Source: Planctomycetota bacterium
GTDB lineage: Bacteria; Planctomycetota; GCA-002687715; DRQF01
NCBI GenBank assembly: GCA_036479435.1
Contig: JAZGFI010000074.1
Coordinates: 1-17,688 of the forward strand
Direction of reading: 5' to 3'
Length of the DNA: 17,688 nt
This document shows, piece by piece, positions 1 through 6,486 of the stretch; the first letter of the stretch is position 1, and each line of letters starts with the position of its first letter. The position numbers and the translations under genes are program-made. The notes under the pieces are model-generated. The model made no database searches and was not told where the DNA came from. It was given only the letters and a program-made list of their open reading frames with translations.

Positions 1-126
1 CCCGAGGTTTTCGAAGGCATGGCTCGGATGCCGACCACCAGGATGAATGAGGCTCAGAATCCAACGAGCCTCAAAGAGCGTGGCGATAAATCGCCGAATC
101 GCCCTCGACTAAGTTGGCTGCTGACA
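1..126. mobile_element. Probable terminal segment of a TGT-ended DDE transposable element (IS21/IS481/Tn7/Mu-like) inserted in rtcB; the rest lies outside the window
   Basis: No + frame of 1-126 resembles the RtcB sequence expected before ...NCHHNY (frames 2 and 3 contain stops). The segment ends in ...GCTGCTGACA at 126 (TGTCAGCAGCCAACTTAGTCGAG on the minus strand), exactly where in-frame RtcB-like sequence (F-R-L-G-K-M-A-V-N-C-H-H-N-Y) begins. No transposase is visible in the window. Confidence 0.5.
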
Positions 127-546
127 TTTAGGTTGGGGAAGATGGCGGTGAACTGTCACCACAACTACGTCGCCCGCGAGCACCACTACGGTCTCGATGT
201 GTTCGTCACCCGTAAAGGTGCCGTGCGGGCCGGCGAAGGCGAACTCGGAATCATCCCCGGCAGCATGGGGGCGCGATCTTTCATTGTTCGCGGGAAGGGA
301 AACCCGGAGAGTTTCCACTCTTGCAGTCACGGGGCGGGACGCATGATGTCTCGCACCAAAGCGAAGAAGGTCTTTACGGTCGAAGACCATATTGAGGCTA
401 CTAAGGGCGTCGAGTGCAAAAAGGACCAGAGCGTCCTCGACGAATCGCCCGGAGCCTACAAGTCGATTGAAGCGGTGATGGCCGCTCAGGACGACTTGGT
501 CGACATCGTCCACACCTTGAAGCAGATCGTCTGCGTCAAGGGCTAA
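127..546 (+). pseudogene. rtcB: RtcB RNA ligase, C-terminal ~139 aa only (interrupted or truncated)
   Basis: Motifs NCHHNYV, VTRKGA, IIPGSMG, SCSHGAGR, DESPGAYK and terminal VCVKG closely match the E. coli RtcB C-terminus, and rtcA follows directly. The family identity is very secure; the pseudogene status is inferred from the junction at 126/127. Confidence 0.8.
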
Positions 547-565
547 AGATAGGTCCGGAGTGACC

Positions 566-1594
566 ATGGGACCCAAACAAGAAATCGTTCTCGACGGATC
601 AGCTGGCGAAGGCGGCGGACAAGTTCTTCGCAGCGCCCTAGGTTTGTCGCTGGTCACCGGACGCCCCTTCCGCATCGACAAGATTCGAGCCAATCGCAAA
701 AAGCCGGGGTTGATGCGCCAGCATTTGACTTGCGTGAAGGCGGCACAGGCCGTGGGCGGAGCCGTCGTTGATGGCGCTGAACTCAACTCGACAGGCCTGA
801 GCTTCAGGCCACAGACGATCATCAGCGGTTTCCACAAATTCGTGATCGGCAGTGCGGGTAGCACCACCTTGGTTCTGCAGACTATTCTGCCCGCCCTGCT
901 CTCGGCGCCGGGACCAACGCGGGTGGTGATTCAAGGCGGTACGCACAACCAATTAGCGCCGAGTTTTGATTTTCTGGACCGCGTGTTCGCACCCATCCTC
1001 CGCGGCATGGGAGTTGGCCTAGATTTGACCTTGCAGTCCCACGGGTTTTTCCCGGCGGGCGGCGGCAGCATCCAAGTCGTGGTAACGCCGACGAAAGCCC
1101 TGCGGCCTTTTGAATTCTTGACGCGTGGTCCCATCATCGAGCGCCGTGGCCGTATTCTCGTGTCGAAGATCCCCGCTCGAGTGGCGGAACGTGAACGTGA
1201 AGTCCTGGAGGCGTCAAGAGATTGGCGCACCGGCGAGATCGAGATTCTGCGCGTCACGGATTCACCGGGCCCTGGCAACTTGGTTTCGCTGGAGGTGGGC
1301 GACGGAAGAATTCGCGAACTGGTGACCCGTCACGGGGCACGCGGCGTCCGCGCCGAGACCGTCGCCAAGCGGGCTCTCGACGCCGTGGAAAGCTACCTTA
1401 GCTGCCCCGCCCCGGTGGGAGAGAATCTAGCCGACCAGATGTTGATCCCCCTCGCCCTCGCGGGCGCCGGCGCTTTTCGTTGTGGAATGCCGAGCTTGCA
1501 CGCACTCACGAATGCCGATGTGATTCAGCAGTTCTTGTCGAAGCGATTCGAATTTAGTGAGGCTGGCGACGGCACAACGGTCATTAGCGTCTAA
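566..1594 (+). CDS. rtcA: RNA 3'-terminal phosphate cyclase
   Basis: LDGSAGEGGGQVLRSAL, IRANRKKPGLMRQHLT, GSAGSTTLVLQT, GGTHN, GFFPAGGG, LADQ and the catalytic-His region HALTN. GGAG at 557-560 precedes ATG 566 (ORF track starts at GTG 560). Confidence 0.96.
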   Translation: MGPKQEIVLDGSAGEGGGQVLRSALGLSLVTGRPFRIDKIRANRKKPGLMRQHLTCVKAAQAVGGAVVDGAELNSTGLSFRPQTIISGFHKFVIGSAGSTTLVLQTILPALLSAPGPTRVVIQGGTHNQLAPSFDFLDRVFAPILRGMGVGLDLTLQSHGFFPAGGGSIQVVVTPTKALRPFEFLTRGPIIERRGRILVSKIPARVAEREREVLEASRDWRTGEIEILRVTDSPGPGNLVSLEVGDGRIRELVTRHGARGVRAETVAKRALDAVESYLSCPAPVGENLADQMLIPLALAGAGAFRCGMPSLHALTNADVIQQFLSKRFEFSEAGDGTTVISV

Positions 1595-1602
1595 GCTCAG
1601 CT

Positions 1603-2367
1603 TCAAAGAAGCTCAGGTACGTTTTGATACACGACGAAGGCACCGATGAGCACTAAGAAGGCGGCGAAGCCCCTTCTTAGTTGCTCTTGGGGAAGGTACG
1701 AGGCCAGGATTTTTCCAACGAAGCTCCCGACCGTGCCCACCGCGGCAAAAATCCCCAGGATTCGCCAGTCCAGCGAGAGGCCAAGTTCGTCCAAGACATC
1801 GACGTACTTGTAGAATCCGGCGAAAGACTTCATCGCGATAATGAACAAAGAAGTCCCGATGGCGCGGTGCATGCTCAAACCGCCCAAGAGCACCAAAGCG
1901 GGCACAATCAAAAACCCACCGCCAACTCCCACAAAACCGGTGACGACGCCGACGATCAAGCCTTCAGCCGCGATCTTGAGAGGTGAGCGTAGTCTCGTGG
2001 CCGGAGTAGCTGGCCGCCGGTGGGGCCGTATCATCAAGAGCGCCGCGACGAGCATGAGCAACGCGAAGAAGAGGATCTGAACCTCCCCCGCCACGAAACT
2101 CGACAAGTACGCACCGAAGTAAGCTCCGACCATACCCGGCAGGCCGAACATCAAGACGTTTCGAAAATCAACGAGACCACTACGCGCGTAAGGGATGCCC
2201 GCCGCCAGACTGATCGCGCCGACGATTCCCAAAGAACCCGCAATCGCGATTTTTTCGTCTTGCCCGACCAAGTAGATAAGCACCGGAACCGTCAACACCG
2301 ACCCGCCCGAACCCAGTAGTCCGAGACTCAATCCAATGAAGACGGCCCCCGCAAGGGCCCATATCAC
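1603..2367 (-). CDS. TauE/SafE (TSUP) family sulfite exporter
   Basis: Multi-TM protein with two Gly-rich motifs (GLLGSGGSVLTVP, GFVGVGGGFLIVPAL) and AIGTSL. Its GTG start overlaps the upstream TGA (GTGA, 2364-2367). Confidence 0.92.
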   Translation of the reverse strand: MIWALAGAVFIGLSLGLLGSGGSVLTVPVLIYLVGQDEKIAIAGSLGIVGAISLAAGIPYARSGLVDFRNVLMFGLPGMVGAYFGAYLSSFVAGEVQILFFALLMLVAALLMIRPHRRPATPATRLRSPLKIAAEGLIVGVVTGFVGVGGGFLIVPALVLLGGLSMHRAIGTSLFIIAMKSFAGFYKYVDVLDELGLSLDWRILGIFAAVGTVGSFVGKILASYLPQEQLRRGFAAFLVLIGAFVVYQNVPELL

Positions 2368-2942
2368 TCAGCGCACTCCAATCCGCAAGAACGCGCACGA
2401 TTCCAAGGCATCATCCCGAGCATGATCGCCATGCCACAGGTATCGCTTAGTCCCGCGAACACGAGTCCGGCCCCCACGAATCCCGAAATCCCGAAGAAAC
2501 CGGGATGCACTAAGAACCCCAAGGCGACGCCGCACAACACCAAGGATCCGGCTGCGACTCGAACTTGGCGTTCGAGCGACATGCCCTTTTTGCCGCGCAA
2601 CAAGGGCAAGCCAATCTCCTCCCAGGCGACGACACCGCCGCTTAGAACGCAGAGTCGATCGATACCGCGGGCAGCGAGAAACTTGGCGGCCTCGCGCGCA
2701 CGCCGCCCGGTACGACATACTAAGGCGATAGGTTTTTTGTCGGCAGCGACTCCGATCTCATAAGCCCAACGGCCGAGATCGGCGAGCGGCACGTTGTCCG
2801 AACCTTCGATGCGGGCTTCGGCGAACTCACCTGGTGTTCGCACATCGAGGTAATGCCAATCGCCGACTTCAACTTCATCACCGATGTCGGCGGGATGAAG
2901 GTCTTTGAGCGCTGGCTCGATCCCAGGACTTTGCGTTGCCAT
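2364..2942 (-). CDS. Rhodanese + DUF2892 membrane sulfurtransferase (YgaP-like)
   Basis: LDVRTPGEF, active loop CRTGRRA, LSGGVVAW, then SLERQVRVAAGSL, two TM helices and DTCGMA...MPWN typical of DUF2892. Confidence 0.9.
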   Translation of the reverse strand: MATQSPGIEPALKDLHPADIGDEVEVGDWHYLDVRTPGEFAEARIEGSDNVPLADLGRWAYEIGVAADKKPIALVCRTGRRAREAAKFLAARGIDRLCVLSGGVVAWEEIGLPLLRGKKGMSLERQVRVAAGSLVLCGVALGFLVHPGFFGISGFVGAGLVFAGLSDTCGMAIMLGMMPWNRARSCGLECAE

Positions 2943-2945
2943 CTT

Positions 2946-4142
2946 TTAGGCCCTCCCCTTCAACATGCCGTCCCAATAAAGATAGGGGAGCAAGTGCTTC
3001 TTCACCCAGAACATGCTGCGCCGTTCCTTGCTTTGATCGAAAGGAAAGGTCTCTGCGGAGTTTCCGCCGTAGTCGAACTCGGCCATGACGAGTTTGCCGT
3101 ATCCAGTCACGAGCGGGCAGGAGGTATAACCGTCATACCGCCCTGGTAACGGGCGCTCCTCGATCATGGCCGAGAGGTTCTCGACGAGTACCGGAGCCTG
3201 TTTTCGAATCGCCGCGCCAGTCTTAGACGTGGGAAGCGACGAAGCATCACCGATGCCAAAGACGTTTCCGAATCGCAAATGCTGAAGCGTGTGCTGATCA
3301 ACATCGACCCACCCGGCGCTGTTGGCCAATGGGCTACTCTTGACGAAATCAGGTGCGCTCATCGGCGGTGTCACGTGCATCATCTCGTAGGACAAGGCGG
3401 TATCTCGGCCACTCTCGAGACATTTGAACACGGCCTTTTTGTTTTCAGCGTCCACCCAGCTGAGATCGTGCTGATAGCGCACTTCGATGCCGTAGCGCTC
3501 CACCACTTCGAGCAGCGTTGCGGCGTATCTTGGCACGGCGAAGATCTTGGGAGTCGCAATGCAAAAGATGATCTCGTACTTACTCTTGGGTGGGTGTTTT
3601 CTCCAGTAGTCAGCCGCGAGATACATGATCTTTTGCGGCGCTCCTCCACACTTAATCGGAGTGTTCGGATGCGTGAAAACCGCCGTGCCGCCCGCGAAGG
3701 ATTTGATGCACTCCCAAGTCGAGTCGACAGTCTCGTAGGAGTAGTTGCTGCAAAGACCGTTGCTGCCGACCTTCCCCGCCAAGCCCTCGACTTTTTGCCA
3801 GTCGATTTGGATGCCCGGGGCTACGACCAGATGGTCGTAGGTCAACCGCTCGCCGCTTGACGTCGTCACCGCGTTTTCTTCCGGCAGAAAACTCATGACG
3901 GAATCTTGGATCCAGGTCGCCCCTGTCGGAAGGACGCTAGCTTGGTCGCGTTCCGTCACTTCTTTGCGTCGCACGCCAGCTCCGACGAGTGTCCACATCG
4001 GCTGGTAGTAATGCTTCGCGGCCGGGTCAACAATCCCAACACTTCGTTTTTTGTACTTTCGACACAGCCTCGCCGCCACCGAAATGCCAGCCGTTCCGGC
4101 GCCGATGATGAGGGTCTGAAAGTGTCGCGCGGGTTGCGTCAT
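2946..4142 (-). CDS. sqr: Sulfide:quinone oxidoreductase (type II SQR)
   Basis: FAD motif IIGAGTAG, HYYQPMWTLVG, catalytic Cys motifs IKCGGAPQK and YDGYTSCPLVTG, FGIGD, SKTGAA, C-terminal LYWDGML. Confidence 0.92.
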   Translation of the reverse strand: MTQPARHFQTLIIGAGTAGISVAARLCRKYKKRSVGIVDPAAKHYYQPMWTLVGAGVRRKEVTERDQASVLPTGATWIQDSVMSFLPEENAVTTSSGERLTYDHLVVAPGIQIDWQKVEGLAGKVGSNGLCSNYSYETVDSTWECIKSFAGGTAVFTHPNTPIKCGGAPQKIMYLAADYWRKHPPKSKYEIIFCIATPKIFAVPRYAATLLEVVERYGIEVRYQHDLSWVDAENKKAVFKCLESGRDTALSYEMMHVTPPMSAPDFVKSSPLANSAGWVDVDQHTLQHLRFGNVFGIGDASSLPTSKTGAAIRKQAPVLVENLSAMIEERPLPGRYDGYTSCPLVTGYGKLVMAEFDYGGNSAETFPFDQSKERRSMFWVKKHLLPYLYWDGMLKGRA

Positions 4143-4154
4143 GTTCTTTTCCTA

Positions 4155-5576
4155 TCACCCTTGAACCGGGGAATTCTCAGTGGGCTCAACGACGGGCAGC
4201 TCGCTGGAACTCCATGCTTCCATGCCGCCGATGACGTCGCGAAAATTCATGATCCCGCGTCGAAGCAGCAGACTGGAGGCAACTGAGGACCGATAGCCAG
4301 TTCGGCAAATCAAGGCGAACTCGTGCTCTCGGGGCAACTCGTCGAGCCGGTCTGTCAGATGCCCTAGAGCAATGTTGTGGCTTTCGGCGATGTGGCCCGC
4401 CTCCCATTCCTTTGTCGACCTCACGTCGATGACACAAAGTGGTTCTTTGCCGTCGAAGGTGCGCCAAAGGGCGTTGACCGTAGTGCGTCGGTTGCTCTCG
4501 ATGAGGTCATTTCGTCCCTGAAGCGTTCCCATCCCACCGTCCAAATAGCCGACGACGCGGTCAAATCCGATACGGCCGAGGCGCATCGAGGCCTCGTGCT
4601 CTGTCCGCGGTTCCGCAACGATGATAATGGACCGCTCCGGATTTAGTAAGGACCCCGCCCAGGTGGCAAAACGCCCGTCCAAGGGCAGATTGATGCTCCC
4701 CTCAAAATGTGCGCCCGCAAAATCCGCCGGCTCGCGAACGTCCACGATCTGTGCACCGTCGTCTCTGAGATTTCGAACCTTGTCCAAGCTCAGGGGCCGA
4801 AAAGACTGGCGTAGAGTCGCGTCGAGAGTTTCACGCTCCATTCGGTTCATCTGCGCGTCATAGCTGAAGTACGCTGGAGCTTCCTGCTGGTCCTTAGTGA
4901 CGATTTCGATGAACTCGCTCTTGCTCATCGGCTGCAGGGCGTAATTCAGCTGGCGTTGGGCGCCAATGGTCGTGAAGGTCTCTTTGCCGAGACTCTTGCC
5001 GCACATCGAACCCGCACCGTGGGCCGGATAGACGATTGTTTCATCGGGCAAAGTCAGGATTTTCTCATGCAGGGAGTCGTAGAGCATCCCCGCCAACTCT
5101 TGCGCACTCACTCCAACCGAAGCCATGAGATCGGGTCGGCCGACGTCGCCAACAAAGAGCGTGTCTCCGGTGAAAACCGCGTGCGGCTTGCGATCGTCGT
5201 CACTGAGGTCAAACGCGAGGATGGAGATGCCTTCCGGAGTGTGCCCTGGCGTTGCCAAGATCTTGAGGCGGACGTCGCCAAACTCAATGACGTCGCCATC
5301 CGCAACCGGAGCAAACTCATACTCAGCGGAAGCCGCCGCCCCCAAATATATTCGGGATCCGGCGCGCTGCCTCAGCTCAACGTGCCCCGCCACGAAATCC
5401 GCGTGGAAGTGCGTAAGGAACACATAGTCAATCGAGGCGTCGTACTTCGCTGCCTCAACCAAGTATTGGTCAATATCGCGCTGAGGGTCGATAACCGCCG
5501 CCTTTTTCGTCCGCTCGTCAATGATGATGTAAGACGCGTGGGCCAAACAGGCGAGGTAGAATTGTTTCAAGATCAT
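4155..5576 (-). CDS. Persulfide dioxygenase (MBL fold) fused to a pseudo-rhodanese and a catalytic rhodanese (CstB-like)
   Basis: THFHADF, TPGHTPE, FTGDTLFVGDVGRPDL, PAHGAGSMCGK. The first rhodanese lacks a loop Cys; the second has CRTGYRS. RBS AAGGAG precedes ATG 5576, so the ORF-track start at 5654 (overlapping prx) is unlikely. Confidence 0.92.
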   Translation of the reverse strand: MILKQFYLACLAHASYIIIDERTKKAAVIDPQRDIDQYLVEAAKYDASIDYVFLTHFHADFVAGHVELRQRAGSRIYLGAAASAEYEFAPVADGDVIEFGDVRLKILATPGHTPEGISILAFDLSDDDRKPHAVFTGDTLFVGDVGRPDLMASVGVSAQELAGMLYDSLHEKILTLPDETIVYPAHGAGSMCGKSLGKETFTTIGAQRQLNYALQPMSKSEFIEIVTKDQQEAPAYFSYDAQMNRMERETLDATLRQSFRPLSLDKVRNLRDDGAQIVDVREPADFAGAHFEGSINLPLDGRFATWAGSLLNPERSIIIVAEPRTEHEASMRLGRIGFDRVVGYLDGGMGTLQGRNDLIESNRRTTVNALWRTFDGKEPLCVIDVRSTKEWEAGHIAESHNIALGHLTDRLDELPREHEFALICRTGYRSSVASSLLLRRGIMNFRDVIGGMEAWSSSELPVVEPTENSPVQG

Positions 5577-5617
5577 GGTGTTCTCCTTTGCAAGCTCATG
5601 AAGAGCACTAAGAGCAT

Positions 5618-6274
5618 TTATTGGCCCGGGCATTCCTTCTTGGCGAAATACCAATCGATGTACTCGCAGTTGTCAGTTTCGCGCTCTCGCGCTTCATCGA
5701 GAGTCTGGGGTGGAGGGCAAATGACCTTCTCGCCCGGTTGCCAGTTCTCAGGGGTCGCAACTTTGTGACGCGCAGAAATCTGAAGCGCTTGGACCAAGCG
5801 CAATATCTCATCGATCGACCGACCGTTGGTCATCGGGTAGTAAAACATCGCCCTCAGCACACCATCGGGATCAATGACGAAGGTCGCCCTCACCGCCGAC
5901 GTGTCGCTAGCCCCGGGCTGAATCATGCCGTAGGCATTCGCGACCCGCATCGACAAGTCTTCGATAATCGGGAAAGGAATTTCGATATCAAAATTCTCTT
6001 TCATGTTCCGCATCCAGGCGATGTGCGCAAATTTGCTGTCGATCGACAGACCCAGAAGCTCGCAGTTCACCTTCTGAAACATAGGCGCCCGTTCCGCGAA
6101 CGCGAGAAACTCAGTCGTACACACTGGGGTAAAATCGGCCGGATGAGAGAAGAGCACGAGCCACTTTCCGACGTAGTCCTCCAACTTCCTGATCCCATGC
6201 GTGGTGTCAGCATGGAAACTCGGGGCGGGTTCGTTCAGGCGAGGAAGACTGGGAGGCGACGATGATTCGTACAT
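5618..6274 (-). CDS. Peroxiredoxin (Prx6 subfamily)
   Basis: FSHPADFTPVCTTE active site, GLSIDS, YYPMTNGRSIDEILR, ATPENWQPG. RBS AAGGAA at 6285-6280. Confidence 0.95.
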   Translation of the reverse strand: MYESSSPPSLPRLNEPAPSFHADTTHGIRKLEDYVGKWLVLFSHPADFTPVCTTEFLAFAERAPMFQKVNCELLGLSIDSKFAHIAWMRNMKENFDIEIPFPIIEDLSMRVANAYGMIQPGASDTSAVRATFVIDPDGVLRAMFYYPMTNGRSIDEILRLVQALQISARHKVATPENWQPGEKVICPPPQTLDEARERETDNCEYIDWYFAKKECPGQ

Positions 6275-6316
6275 GACGGTTCCTTGCGAAGTAAAGTCAC
6301 TGACTTCGCAGAGCTA

Positions 6317-6332
6317 AGCAAGCGTCATGCCA
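6317..6332 (-). promoter_or_regulatory. Sigma54 (RpoN) -24/-12 promoter of the prx-pdo-sqr-rhod-tauE operon
   Basis: The minus strand reads TGGCATG-ACGC-TTGCT, one mismatch from consensus TGGCACG-N4-TTGCW with correct GG-N10-GC spacing. Predicted +1 is near 6306, and a sigma54 activator gene is adjacent. Confidence 0.9.
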
Positions 6333-6421
6333 AACACGCCCCCGACAACGAAGTCCCTCTCAGAGCGCAATACGGTCTATTGAGGGATAGTACCACTGAG
6401 AGAAGTTCAACCGAGGAGACC

Positions 6422-6478
6422 AGTGTTAACCCCCCTGTTAACGGAGGTGTTAACCCATGAGTTAACACTCCCCTTAAC
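6422..6478. promoter_or_regulatory. Putative upstream activating sequence: GTTAAC array with 12-bp period
   Basis: GTTAAC at 6425, 6437, 6449 and 6461, plus CTTAAC at 6473, about -119 to -172 from the predicted +1, the usual bEBP enhancer distance. Confidence 0.75.
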
Positions 6479-6486
6479 GAGGGAAG

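Noticed and set aside
19..126. N-terminal 36 aa of the 19..546 ORF as genuine RtcB, or as an intein
   Set aside because: It has no resemblance to the RtcB region expected here and no intein C-terminal His-Asn at the junction; NCHHNY is native RtcB.
1..126. Group I or II intron 3' end in rtcB
   Set aside because: There is no group II domain V pattern and no terminal G at the junction. The TGT/ACA end fits a DNA transposon better, though an intron is not formally excluded.
109..867. 252-aa minus-strand ORF
   Set aside because: Antisense shadow of rtcB/rtcA with no recognisable motifs.
4956..6265. Plus-strand ORFs 4956..5768 and 5621..6265 (and other short nested ORFs in the track)
   Set aside because: Antisense to well-supported genes; typical shadow ORFs in GC-rich DNA.
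6354..6402. IHF site or operator between the enhancer and promoter (e.g. CAATA-N5-TATTG at 6368-6382)
   Set aside because: No convincing WATCAA-N4-TTR match, and the short dyads could arise by chance.
6422..6478. GTTAAC array as a CRISPR array, iteron set or VNTR
   Set aside because: The 6-bp repeats and 6-bp spacers are far too short for CRISPR, there is no cas or rep gene, and the spacers differ. The position fits a sigma54 enhancer.
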